This document shows, piece by piece, positions 48,451 through 57,853 of a stretch of 64,000 nucleotides of DNA. A program made the translations under genes and the position numbers. Within the stretch, counting starts at the first letter, position 1; each line of letters begins with the position of its first letter. The notes under the pieces are model-generated. The model did no database searches and had not been told where the DNA came from. It worked only from the letters and a program-made list of their open reading frames with translations. The DNA comes from Polyangiaceae bacterium (lineage in GTDB: Bacteria; Myxococcota_A; Polyangia; Polyangiales; Polyangiaceae): positions 448,001-512,000 of the forward strand of contig CBDCTZ010000016.1 of NCBI GenBank assembly GCA_965222375.1, read 5' to 3'.

Positions 48451-49407
48451 ATGGACGAGATCATGGACGAGGCGCTCGCCCGCCTGCTGTGGGATGTTCG
48501 GGAGCCCCACTTTGGGCCGGGCGCCGAAGTGGGGCCGTACATCATCCGGCGGTTCGTGGGCTTCGACGACGTGTACGTCAGTGAATGCTATCTCGCGCGG
48601 CGAAAGGGCTCGACGCGTGTCGTCGACTTGATACTCACGTACACGGGTCTGAGCCTCGGTTCGTCCGCGGACGAACGGGTCCGAGGCTTCGCTCGCGCGC
48701 GACGAGCCGTGCTGCACCCGAATCTAGTGCAAGTGCATGCAGCTGGTGCGCTGCGAATACCGCGCTCGATTTGGGTCGCTCAAGGAAGGTGCGGCCTGGC
48801 ACGGCTGGGCGACTGGCTTGAGAAGGGGCGTTCAATGCCCGTTCCGCGTGCCGTCGCCCACATCACAGCGGTCGCCAGAGCCACGGACGTACTGGAGCAA
48901 CACGGCCTGGCACCAAGGGGCATCTCACCCGACGATATTTTCATCGGCGCAGACGGCGCGACCAAGTTGGAGGACTTCAAGGCGGCCTGCTTTGGAGCCG
49001 GCTATCTGACCGAAGCATGGTTAGCGCGCCCGCGTTATCATGCACCAGAAATCGGATCACAGGACCCCGTGGGTTCCAAGGCTGTCGTATTTGGCCTCGG
49101 GGCCATCCTCTACGAGCTGGTCACAGGCAGTCCGCTCTTCCCGAACTATGAGGTGTATGGACACTTCTACGACGGTACGCGGGCGTTGGACCTGGCAGCA
49201 GCGGGCTCGCTCTCGGTGCTGCTCGGTCGCATGCTGGCAGCCGAGCCCAGCGCTCGCCCCAGCATGCAAGAGCTTCCGCGATTGCTGGAGCGGGGTCTCC
49301 TCCGGCAGTGTGACGTCGTTGCCACGCGGCCCGCGAACAGTCGCGTTCCAGCGAGGCACCGCGACGCCCGGTGTGCCGACGCACCGCGCGGGGGAGCGCG
49401 AGAGTAG
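48451..49407 (+). CDS. Probable pseudokinase (Ser/Thr kinase fold); start uncertain
   Basis: HPNLVQVH, YHAPE, VFGLGAILYELVTG and RPS are retained; the VAIK Lys, HRD (here PRG) and DFG (here DFK) are degenerate. Confidence 0.75.
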   Translation: MDEIMDEALARLLWDVREPHFGPGAEVGPYIIRRFVGFDDVYVSECYLARRKGSTRVVDLILTYTGLSLGSSADERVRGFARARRAVLHPNLVQVHAAGALRIPRSIWVAQGRCGLARLGDWLEKGRSMPVPRAVAHITAVARATDVLEQHGLAPRGISPDDIFIGADGATKLEDFKAACFGAGYLTEAWLARPRYHAPEIGSQDPVGSKAVVFGLGAILYELVTGSPLFPNYEVYGHFYDGTRALDLAAAGSLSVLLGRMLAAEPSARPSMQELPRLLERGLLRQCDVVATRPANSRVPARHRDARCADAPRGGARE

Positions 49408-49447
49408 CGCCCCAGGTACGCCACATCGAACCGACCCCAAACCCAAA
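49385..49447. repeat. Half-copy of the dispersed palindromic repeat family
   Basis: agcgcgagagtagcgccc matches 24024-24041; cgccacatcg..cgaccccaaac is the reverse complement of 23949-23972. Confidence 0.65.
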
Positions 49448-49500
49448 GACATTCACGCCGCGCTTTGAACACGTTCCCAGGGTCACAAAGGGTTCGCCAG

Positions 49501-50958
49501 TCATGGTTTGCCAAACACGATGGCCTTGCGGATGTGCGACAGCGGGGCGTCATCCCGCAACTTCACGCCCCCGGAATGCCGTACGATGCCCAGCTCGCGC
49601 CATAGTGCGTCTAGATTCACGGGGGAGCCGCGATAGGCATAGCGCTCCACCAGTTTCCTCAGGGCTCCGAGCCCGCCAGAGCCATCACAAACGCGTACGG
49701 CGCGCTCCATGCTCCAAACCTCGGAAGCGTTTCCGCCCGCCTGCAATACCCTGCGCAGCCCTGCTTCAAGTCCTCGTTTGCCGCCGCTGTGCTTGCGGAT
49801 CTCCAGATCCGCCAAGAGCGACACGATGGCACCACCCCAGTAGATCCCACGGAAGGAACGCGTATTTTCCAGGCCCTCGTTCTCCATCGCGGGGACGCCT
49901 TGCGGCATCGCTCTCACGAATTCCGCCCAAACGTCGGCCTCCGTCTTGTTGCCCGCCCGAGCGCGGATGATGGGCTCGTAATAGGTCGCGAGCCCTTCGT
50001 CCAACCACTTCGCCTCCCCTTGAAACGAGGGGAAGCCCAGGTGGAAGAGTTCGTGAACCAGCACCCAGTCCTCGTTCAGAGAGGCTTCGTCGCTGTGCTC
50101 TCCCATCACGATGACGATGCCTGGCGAGCTCTCCGGCAAGACCTTGCCATGCACCACCCCGCGCCTATCCGCCGCCGGAATGACGACCACCAAGGCGCGT
50201 GGCACGGGAAACCCGCCCCAGAAGTCCGCCACTGCGGAAGCGGAGCGCTCAATCCAATCGCTCACGACTTTGGAGCTCACGCGAAGCGCGCCATCCGCGA
50301 ACGCCACCTCCACCTCTGCCTTCCCAGCCTTGGCCGGGTCCAAGACCGAGTTTGGACCTGGCAGTGCCAACTGCACCAACCGGCGCGGTCCGAAGATGGC
50401 GTAGGTGGAGACAGGTAGTTCATGGGCGCCTATCTGGTAGGCGTTGCCGACGGACGTCAGCCCCGTCGTGAAGCCCATGTTCTTGGGCGTACGCACCCGC
50501 AGCGTCAGGCCGGTGCTGGACGAGTGCGGCTCCGGGCGCAGCAACCAGGTCGACGCTGGCGCGATCAAGGAGCGACCGCTTCGCAATGCCACGTCGAAGG
50601 ACTCGGCGTCTTCCGCCGTCGCGTCGAGATCCACTTGGTAGCGAATGGACGCGGTCGAAACGGCTGCTTCAGGCAAGAAGAAGCTCGCGCCCTTGCGGGA
50701 AAGAGCGCGGCCGGCGGCATCCACGGCGCCAGAAATGTGAGGCACGGATGGTCGCTCGGATGCCACGAAAGACAGCGGCCCCCTCGCATTGCATCGCGCC
50801 GCAACATCGAGCACGAGGGGCGAATCCGTGGCCACTTGAACGTCGTAGCTGCAGCTCTCGACTTGGGCGTTCTTGCCTTGCGCGGCCTGGGGCGGCGCAG
50901 GGGCACATGCGGCCAACATCAACGCCACCGGCAGGTGGGCTCCAAGCCGCGCCGTCAC
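49501..50958 (-). CDS. M61-like (gluzincin) metallopeptidase lipoprotein
   Basis: Lipobox LAAC; HELFH and [15 protein letters not shown]. Confidence 0.85.
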   Translation of the reverse strand: MTARLGAHLPVALMLAACAPAPPQAAQGKNAQVESCSYDVQVATDSPLVLDVAARCNARGPLSFVASERPSVPHISGAVDAAGRALSRKGASFFLPEAAVSTASIRYQVDLDATAEDAESFDVALRSGRSLIAPASTWLLRPEPHSSSTGLTLRVRTPKNMGFTTGLTSVGNAYQIGAHELPVSTYAIFGPRRLVQLALPGPNSVLDPAKAGKAEVEVAFADGALRVSSKVVSDWIERSASAVADFWGGFPVPRALVVVIPAADRRGVVHGKVLPESSPGIVIVMGEHSDEASLNEDWVLVHELFHLGFPSFQGEAKWLDEGLATYYEPIIRARAGNKTEADVWAEFVRAMPQGVPAMENEGLENTRSFRGIYWGGAIVSLLADLEIRKHSGGKRGLEAGLRRVLQAGGNASEVWSMERAVRVCDGSGGLGALRKLVERYAYRGSPVNLDALWRELGIVRHSGGVKLRDDAPLSHIRKAIVFGKP

Positions 50959-52283
50959 GCTTGCGCACCCGGCGGCGGAGATTGCATCCCGAGGGCAAAG
51001 GCTCGGGACGCATGCGGCATGATCAATCCAGGCAGCCCTGCGTTGGGGGCGAGCTGCCCCACCAAGCCAAACAAGAGAACGAGGGTCCGCTCCACGTAGA
51101 AATAGCCCTCGGGGTACTCCACGCTCTTCATGATCTCGCGCAGCTTGCCCCGCACTTGCTCGTAGCCACTGAGCTTCTCGATCGTCTCGCGATCCAGTTG
51201 CGAAAAGCTGGTGATGTTCACGCTAGAAAGCACTGCGAGGTACTCGCGCCCCACCTGCGCCAACAGCTCCCGATCGCCACCCGGAGATACGAACCCCATG
51301 CGCTCCAGGCCTTCGAGCACCTGATCGTCGCTGCGGGTAATGGCCCCGAGTACGACCTGCTTCATGCCCTCCGCCAGATCGTCCGTGACCTCTTCCACGG
51401 CGCCATAGTCCAAGATGACCAGGGTGGGACCATCTCGCACCAGAAAGTTCCCGGGGTGCGGGTCCGCGTGGAAGATCCTACTTTCCAGCAGCATCTTGAA
51501 GTAGCACTCCACCAGGAGCTTGCCGACGTCCTCACGGCTCACACCTTCTTCTTCCAGGGTGTCGAAGTCGTTGATCTTGGTGCCCTGCTCGAAAGTCATC
51601 GTCAGGACTCCCTTGTCGGTCAACTCGTCGACCACTCGCGGCACCACGACGTCGTCGCGGCCCGAGAAGACTTCCCTGATGCGCTCCATATTCCTACGCT
51701 CGTTGGCGTAATTCGTTTCACGCCCCAGCATGGCCGATAGCTGATCCAGCACCCGCCCCAGCCGGGTGATGGGAAAAACTAGGCGCAGGAAGGGCTGAAT
51801 GGAGCGAAGAACCGCCAAATCTCGACGGATCAGCTTCTCGATCCCGGGATACAGAACTTTGACGGCGACGGCCTTGCCATCATGAGCGACGGCGCGATGC
51901 ACCTGCGCTAGGGATGCGGCAGCCAGGGGTTCGCGATCGAAGCTCTGGAACCTCGAAAGCGGATCAGGGCCCAGGGCTTCGGTCAGCCGCCCCTCGATCT
52001 CCGAGAAGGGCTGTGGAGGAACCTTGTCTTGAAGGGTCTCGAGCGCTTCTCCATAGGCCTTTGGCAAGAAGGTGCCGATGACACTCAGCACCTGTCCGAC
52101 CTTGATGAAAACACCGCGCAAGCGCGTGAAGCCATACGCCAGCCGGCGAGCGTTGGAGCGATGGATCGCTTCCCAAAGCCGCTCCCGCGTCGCCTTGGGC
52201 AGTACGCGCGTGAACAGCCACGTCAGTCCGTAGGACAGAAAAATCCACCAGAACAAAAACAGCGCGCGAAGTGTTCGCAGCAC
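50955..52283 (-). CDS. AarF/ABC1/UbiB family atypical kinase
   Basis: [43 protein letters not shown]. Confidence 0.93.
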   Translation of the reverse strand: MLRTLRALFLFWWIFLSYGLTWLFTRVLPKATRERLWEAIHRSNARRLAYGFTRLRGVFIKVGQVLSVIGTFLPKAYGEALETLQDKVPPQPFSEIEGRLTEALGPDPLSRFQSFDREPLAAASLAQVHRAVAHDGKAVAVKVLYPGIEKLIRRDLAVLRSIQPFLRLVFPITRLGRVLDQLSAMLGRETNYANERRNMERIREVFSGRDDVVVPRVVDELTDKGVLTMTFEQGTKINDFDTLEEEGVSREDVGKLLVECYFKMLLESRIFHADPHPGNFLVRDGPTLVILDYGAVEEVTDDLAEGMKQVVLGAITRSDDQVLEGLERMGFVSPGGDRELLAQVGREYLAVLSSVNITSFSQLDRETIEKLSGYEQVRGKLREIMKSVEYPEGYFYVERTLVLLFGLVGQLAPNAGLPGLIMPHASRAFALGMQSPPPGAQA

Positions 52284-52448
52284 GAAGATCCCTACTCAGT
52301 GCAGGTTACAGCGAAGTGGTGAGCTGCATTCCAAACACCTGATCTTTCCGGACATTGACGAGCTTTCAGACCTGAACGGCATTCCAGTAATGCTGAAATT
52401 GCGATCCCACGCTTTCCATTCGCTCCCTAATGGATAGACTTCCCCACC

Positions 52449-53771
52449 GTGAAACCGCCCCGGAAACCTCAGAGTGACGCCGACATCTATCGGCGCGCCC
52501 TCGGCATCGCCGGCGGGGGCGTCGCGTTGGCGGCGATTCTCGTGGGCGCCGGAGGCGGGGCCAGCGCCACGGCCATGCTGGCGCACCTGACGACGCCCCA
52601 GGCCCCTCAGTTGACGGCTGCGCCGACACCGATGGCCGAACGCAAGCTCGCCCCGCTGACGGATGTTCTTCGGAAGAAGGGCTTTCACGAGTGCAACCCG
52701 CATGACCCGATCGGCCTGGGGCCCTACTCACCTTTTCGCAACCTGAGGATGGGGCGCATCGCGATTCCTCAAAAAGGCGGGCACACCGCGGACATGGGTT
52801 TCGACGTCGTCATCCACTTTCATGGCTACAACGCCGTTCGAAAGACGCTCGTGCAAGTCGCCAACGGCGTTGCCTATGTGGGTATCGACAAAGGCTTGGG
52901 CAGCGGACCCTACTCAAAGGCGTTTCGGCGCCCGGATGTGTATCCGGCGCTGCTGCGCTCCGTCGAGTCTGCACTCAAGCAACACACCCATGACGACGGC
53001 GCTCACATCCGCAAGGTCGCGCTCTCGGCCTGGAGCGCTGGTTACGGCGCAGTCAACGAGATCTTGAAGCATGGTGACGAGCGCGTGGACGCGGTCATTC
53101 TGTTGGATGGTCTTCACGCAGCCTGGAACCCCGCTGCATCCAAACGCGATGGTTCGCTGCGCTCCTTGAGCAGCCACACTCTGACGCCCACCTTTCGATT
53201 CGCGAAAAAGGCGCTTCAAGGCGAGAAGATCTTCATCTTCAGCCACTCAAAGGTCAATCCAGAGAAGTACCCGTCCACCTACCACACCGCGGATCTACTG
53301 CTTCGCGACCTCGGGCTTTCGCGAACCCCGGTCAAGGGAGACGGTTCGCCCTTCGAGCAGAAATCCGGCGTCGACAGCGGTGGTCTTCACATTTGGTACT
53401 ACGGTGGAACCAACGAGGCCGCGCATTGCGCGCACATTCCCGTGATGGCTCGCGCCCTTCGCGTGATCGAGTCCGAGTGGAGTACGCCTGCCTTGGACCG
53501 AAAGGTGCCGTTCACTCCTGCGCCGAAGCTAGGAGGGGGCGGAGACAACGAGGTCACCGCGACCCTGGACGTTGGTGTCGTCAAGGGCGCCGCGGCCGAT
53601 CCCTTCGAGGGGCTCGACACGGTTCAAAAGGGGGGCGAAGAAAAGGACCCACTGGAGTGGGTGCCAACTCCAGCACCGGCGGGTGCGCCAACATCAGTCG
53701 CCGAGGGCGTACAGGAACCCCTCGCCGCTCCCAACCAAGACCGTCCCGTCGTTGGCGACAGCGACGGGTGA
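52449..53771 (+). CDS. Membrane-anchored hypothetical alpha/beta hydrolase
   Basis: N-terminal TM, VVIHFHG, LSAWSAGY, ILLDGLH, AAHCAH. Confidence 0.7.
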   Translation: MKPPRKPQSDADIYRRALGIAGGGVALAAILVGAGGGASATAMLAHLTTPQAPQLTAAPTPMAERKLAPLTDVLRKKGFHECNPHDPIGLGPYSPFRNLRMGRIAIPQKGGHTADMGFDVVIHFHGYNAVRKTLVQVANGVAYVGIDKGLGSGPYSKAFRRPDVYPALLRSVESALKQHTHDDGAHIRKVALSAWSAGYGAVNEILKHGDERVDAVILLDGLHAAWNPAASKRDGSLRSLSSHTLTPTFRFAKKALQGEKIFIFSHSKVNPEKYPSTYHTADLLLRDLGLSRTPVKGDGSPFEQKSGVDSGGLHIWYYGGTNEAAHCAHIPVMARALRVIESEWSTPALDRKVPFTPAPKLGGGGDNEVTATLDVGVVKGAAADPFEGLDTVQKGGEEKDPLEWVPTPAPAGAPTSVAEGVQEPLAAPNQDRPVVGDSDG

Positions 53772-55115
53772 AAAGAGCGAGTCGCCAACTGGCACCTTCC
53801 ACTCGCAGCCGTAGCGAGACTTCGGAAACGCGGGGCGCGGCTTGCCGGCGAGCTTCTTGTCGCCCAGGTACACCTGCCAGAGCTGTTTGCCACTAGCGGC
53901 GCGAACCGCGTGCAGAGAGCCGTCGAAACGAGCGACATAGGCGACCTCTCCCGCCGCCGCGGGCGACGACCAACTCGGAAAGAAGCAGGGGCCCGCCTTC
54001 TTGCGCCACAGCATGCGGCCCGTGGTCGAGGCGATGCCCACTATGTCGCCGGAATAGGGTTCCGCGTAGACCAGCGCGCCAGCAACGCTGACCGGTGAGA
54101 CGCGTAGGTTGCCCCACTGGCCTGGCCCCTTGGAGCGCCACCGCTCTCGACCCGTACGGGCGTCAAGCGCCATCAGCGCAGGCACATCCTTGTAATAAGT
54201 GTCCCGCGCGAACGGGATGATCATCAGCCCACCGACCAAGACCGGCGGCGAGTAGATCTCGAGGGCTTCCGGCTTGCCCCTGCCACCCCAGGGCGGTCGG
54301 GTCAGGCGCTTCTTCCAGAGCACCTTGCCCGAGAAGCTCAGCTTGGCAGCATCACCGCCCTGGGAGGTGACGTAGATCGCCTTGTCGTCTGCTGCGGCAC
54401 CACCTCGGATCGCTCCGACAAACCCCTTGCTCCACACCGGGCTGCCGTCCTTTGCGTTCAACGCGCGCAGGTTGCCCATGGCGTCGCCGACGACGACCTT
54501 TCCGTCCACGAGCAGCGGGTGGGAGTACATCTTGCCTTTGCCTTTGTGTTTCCATGCAACGCGGCCGGTCTTCACGTCCAAGGCGTAGACGTGGCCATCG
54601 TCGCTGGTCGCAAAGACATGAGTTTTTGTCGCGGCCACTCCGTTCGCGTCTTGATCGAAATGCGCGTGCCAAGCGCGGCGACCCGTCTTGAAGTCGAGAG
54701 CGTAGACGCCATCTTCTGGATCGGGCTGGTTGTGCGCCGTGCCCGAGCTCGGCACGATCACCAACTGTTGACCGAGCACGATGGGTCCGTTCAGCCAACC
54801 CTGAATGCCCACCCGCGCGGACCACAACACCCGTGGCGCCTTCAAAGCTGGCGCCGCGCTCGCGCCGGTCCGAGCTGGGCCCCCGTGAAAGGTCGTCCAG
54901 CCGTCAGCACTGGTGATGTCACCGACCGCGATGGTCGATACGGGATCCTGTTCAGGTGTTTCGGCAGCGGGTGGCTCGATCACCACTGCGGCCCCCTGGG
55001 GCTGCTCCTGAGTCGGTTCGACGGGCGATTGAGGAGGTGGCGCCTGCGCCGCCGGAGGCTGCGGGCCGCACGCGACAAAAGCCAATGAGATCAAGTAGTA
55101 CCAGCAGTGTTTCAT
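53694..55115 (-). CDS. PQQ-like beta-propeller (BamB-type) lipoprotein
   Basis: Lipobox FVAC; repeated YALDxKTGxxxW blades. Confidence 0.9.
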   Translation of the reverse strand: MKHCWYYLISLAFVACGPQPPAAQAPPPQSPVEPTQEQPQGAAVVIEPPAAETPEQDPVSTIAVGDITSADGWTTFHGGPARTGASAAPALKAPRVLWSARVGIQGWLNGPIVLGQQLVIVPSSGTAHNQPDPEDGVYALDFKTGRRAWHAHFDQDANGVAATKTHVFATSDDGHVYALDVKTGRVAWKHKGKGKMYSHPLLVDGKVVVGDAMGNLRALNAKDGSPVWSKGFVGAIRGGAAADDKAIYVTSQGGDAAKLSFSGKVLWKKRLTRPPWGGRGKPEALEIYSPPVLVGGLMIIPFARDTYYKDVPALMALDARTGRERWRSKGPGQWGNLRVSPVSVAGALVYAEPYSGDIVGIASTTGRMLWRKKAGPCFFPSWSSPAAAGEVAYVARFDGSLHAVRAASGKQLWQVYLGDKKLAGKPRPAFPKSRYGCEWKVPVGDSLFSPVAVANDGTVLVGSGEGFLYALGD

Positions 55116-55270
55116 CTCAATGCACAGCTACTCGGCTGCCTCTGGCCGTCAAGCCGCCACGTTCGGAGGGACAAAAATGCTGGAGCTATGCACCGTTTTT
55201 ATCGGCGCGTCTTAGATCTATCCTTGAGCTGGGCGCCACAGGCGCTGCCGAAAGAGGGGTCGGCTTGAGT

Positions 55271-56461
55271 ATGTCCACGGTCTGTAGCAGTGGTGCTTCC
55301 ATCGCTAGCGGCGCAAACGCTGCCGTGAAGGAAGCTGTGTCGCCGGCGCTGAAGGCACTCGGCGAGGCGAAAGCCGAGGTTGCCTTCATCTTCGCGTCCA
55401 GCAAGTACGACCTTGCAGACGTGCTCGAGCACGCTCGCGCTCTGCTGCCTGACGCGAACATCATCGCTGCGAGCACCGCGGGGGAGCTGACGGATAGCGG
55501 TCTAACGCGACGGGGCATGGCCGTATTCTTGATTAGCGCTCCGGACATGCGATACTGCCTGAGCGAGGCCCGCGCCTTGGGCGAAGACGCCCAAGGCTTG
55601 ATTCGCGAACTCTGCCGAGAGCCCGAAGCACAAACCCTCGAGCACCGTGCTCGGGGTCGGCGCCACACTTCCTGCGTATTGCTAGGCGACGGCTTGTCCC
55701 CGACCTTCGAGCAGCTCGTGGTGGAAATCCGAAAACACCTGCCGGAGGAACACCTCGTCATTGGAGCCGGCGCCGCCGACGAAGGCGCGCTCGTCGAAAC
55801 CGCCGTCGGAAGCAATTCGACAGTGGCCACTGGTGGCGTGGTAGCCGTGCACTTCTGGTCGCCGCTACCGTGGGCCGTCGGCATGGGCCATGGCTTGTCC
55901 CAGGCTTCCCCCCGCATGACCGTCACGCGTGCTACCGGCAACGTCGTTCACGAAATCGATGGGCGCCCGGCCATGGACATCTACCGTGACTACGCTCAGG
56001 AGCGCGGCATCGACCTGAACGCGCTGCCCCTTGGCCAATTCCTGGTCGAGAACGAACTCGGAGTGCTTCTCTTCGATGAAATCGTCCGCGTGCGGGCTCC
56101 CCTTCGAGCGCTCGACGATGGCTCCATCTTCTGCGCCGGCGAAGTCCCCGCAGGCGCTCAAGTCTGCATCGTGCGCGGAGATGCGGGTGCCATCCTGAAC
56201 GCAGCCCGGGATGCGGCAGTCCAGGCCAAGGCCGCTCTGGGCGACCGCCCCGCTGCAGGGGTACTCGTATTCAGCTGCGTGTGTCGCAACATGACCCTCG
56301 GAGACAGCTACGACGGCGAAGTCGACGCCATAGCCGACGTGTTCCCTGGTGTGCCCTTCGCCGGTTTCTCCAGCTACGGCGAAGTGGCCCGGGACCCTGG
56401 GCGTCTTGACGGCTACCACAATAACACGATTGTCGTTGTTGCCATTCCCGGCGGGGACTGA
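55271..56461 (+). CDS. FIST signal-transduction domain protein
   Basis: ASTAGE, GAGAAD, VTRATGNVVHEIDGRPA, FSCVCR, GFSSYGE, HNNT. Confidence 0.92.
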   Translation: MSTVCSSGASIASGANAAVKEAVSPALKALGEAKAEVAFIFASSKYDLADVLEHARALLPDANIIAASTAGELTDSGLTRRGMAVFLISAPDMRYCLSEARALGEDAQGLIRELCREPEAQTLEHRARGRRHTSCVLLGDGLSPTFEQLVVEIRKHLPEEHLVIGAGAADEGALVETAVGSNSTVATGGVVAVHFWSPLPWAVGMGHGLSQASPRMTVTRATGNVVHEIDGRPAMDIYRDYAQERGIDLNALPLGQFLVENELGVLLFDEIVRVRAPLRALDDGSIFCAGEVPAGAQVCIVRGDAGAILNAARDAAVQAKAALGDRPAAGVLVFSCVCRNMTLGDSYDGEVDAIADVFPGVPFAGFSSYGEVARDPGRLDGYHNNTIVVVAIPGGD

Positions 56462-56560
56462 CGCTGTCCTGCGGCGTGGTTGGCGCTTGTTTTTTGGGGA
56501 TGTGGCGCTTTGTGCGTCATCGGGAGTTCTACGATTCGCGGGCGGGGGGCGCTGGCGGAG

Positions 56561-56637
56561 GAGTGCAGAGTGCAGAGTGTGGAGGTTGGAGTGAAGAGTG
56601 GGGAGGATTGAGTGGGGAGGATTGAGTGCTGAGTGAG
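56561..56637 (+). repeat. Array of 11 GAG-anchored heptamers
   Basis: GAGTGCA GAGTGCA GAGTGTG GAGGTTG GAGTGAA GAGTGGG GAGGATT GAGTGGG GAGGATT GAGTGCT GAGTGAG. Confidence 0.9.
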
Positions 56638-56675
56638 CGCGGGGTTTTGGGTTCATCTCTGGTGAATTTGATCGT

Positions 56676-56763
56676 GTCTGCGTGCTCGACCGCGTCAAGG
56701 CCGGGGCCGGCTTCGCCGGTGGCCGCTTCGCGGCCAGCCTTGACACAGTCTCCGCTCGCAGAC
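56676..56763 (-). other. Branched (three-way) hairpin with two GCGAAGC mini-hairpins, upstream of the four-helix-bundle gene
   Basis: Outer stems gtctgcg/cgcagac and gaccgcgtcaaggc/gccttgacacagtc; inner ccggc-ttc-gccgg and tggccgc-ttc-gcggcca; contains TTGACA at 56740-56745. Confidence 0.75.
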
Positions 56764-56801
56764 GGTGGGGTGGTTTGTTTTTTTTGAAAGGAAACCAACC
56801 A

Positions 56802-57128
56802 ATGCTCCGTATCTATCCCTTTGCGCTCGACCTCATTGTTCAGCTGCGTCCCGTGTTCTCGATTATCGAGCGGAAAGATCGCAATCTTGGCAATCAGTTT
56901 CGGCGTTGCAGTAGCAGCACCACGTTGAACCTCGGGGAGGGCGCGTACTCTCGTGGCAAGAATCGCGCGGCGAAGTTTCACATCGCGCTGGGGTCAGCGC
57001 GGGAGATGCTCGCGTGTCTCGAAACGGCTGCCGCCTTCGGCTACATCGGACCCATCGACGACGCGCGCAGAAACGACTTCAATCGTCTCATCGGTACTCT
57101 GGTCCGGCTGGTCGAACGCTGTGTGTAG
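56802..57128 (+). CDS. Four-helix-bundle protein (23S rRNA IVP / Avd-like, TIGR02436-type)
   Basis: RBS aaagga; LGNQFRRCSSSTTLNLGEG...FHIALGSAREMLACL...GYI. Confidence 0.92.
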   Translation: MLRIYPFALDLIVQLRPVFSIIERKDRNLGNQFRRCSSSTTLNLGEGAYSRGKNRAAKFHIALGSAREMLACLETAAAFGYIGPIDDARRNDFNRLIGTLVRLVERCV

Positions 57129-57165
57129 GTCCTCGGGTGCCTGCACCTGAGCGTTGAACGAAGGA

Positions 57166-57657
57166 CTACATACTGATGATGGGTCGCAGACCCAAATCTG
57201 AATCTTCATCGTAGTTGCTCGCCGCTTCGGCAGCGTTCGTCGACCGGACGTTGCATCCACGGCACGTCTCGACCGGCTCTTGAATCGCCTTCACGAAATA
57301 GATGTAGTCCGCCGGAGAGATAGCGCCGGCGTCTCGCAATCCGATAGCTCCGTACACTCGAGCCTCGGGCGTGGTGGCCGCGAGCACGATCCACAATAGA
57401 TCGGCGCGCCCAGTGTCCACCAACATCGTCGTATCTGCATCGCCCGGAGGTCGCTGCCCAGTGAGGAAGCAGGAACGCCCCACGATCAATCGTGAACTGG
57501 GCGAGACAAGTCGCTCGAACGCGCGATGAACTGCCGAGACACGGTTGGCTCTCGCGACCTGATCCGCGACCACCGGTGCCACAGCAATCAATTCTACGGA
57601 CGGGGTTGTGCCGCACCCGCCGACGCACGCGAGAAGCATTGGTAACCATCCACGCAC
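57166..57657 (-). CDS. Hypothetical lipoprotein
   Basis: Signal ending VGGC; helical core PEARVYGAIGL; C-terminal TCRGC. Confidence 0.6.
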   Translation of the reverse strand: MRGWLPMLLACVGGCGTTPSVELIAVAPVVADQVARANRVSAVHRAFERLVSPSSRLIVGRSCFLTGQRPPGDADTTMLVDTGRADLLWIVLAATTPEARVYGAIGLRDAGAISPADYIYFVKAIQEPVETCRGCNVRSTNAAEAASNYDEDSDLGLRPIISM

Positions 57658-57773
57658 ATGCCGACAGACACCGCGGTAGGGTTCAATGTTCCGACGCTAG
57701 CGCCCCCTCTTGCTAGTCGAGAGGCGACCTGGCCTGATCCCTGCGAACCTCGTTCCACCAGCCCATTTCTCAA

Positions 57774-57808
57774 CCCACCCAATCCTCCAACCTCTGCACT
57801 CTGCGCTC
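57774..57808 (-). repeat. Inverted array of 5 heptamers from the same unit set
   Basis: Minus strand reads GAGCGCA GAGTGCA GAGGTTG GAGGATT GGGTGGG. Confidence 0.8.
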
Positions 57809-57853
57809 TGCAGGTCCAACCGGTGGGCGTCGACGCGGGGTCGAGGCGCCGCT

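Noticed and set aside
56529..56981. 150-aa minus-strand ORF
   Set aside because: Antisense to the four-helix-bundle gene and running through the heptamer array; no recognisable protein features.
44022..57128. Diversity-generating retroelement (Avd-like gene plus repeated variable genes)
   Set aside because: No reverse transcriptase in the window. Differences between the PGRS copies are not adenine-specific, and the 145-bp duplicate is exact, so there is no TR/VR pair.
56802..57128. 23S rRNA intervening sequence
   Set aside because: Flanks are protein-coding genes and repeats, with no rRNA sequence.
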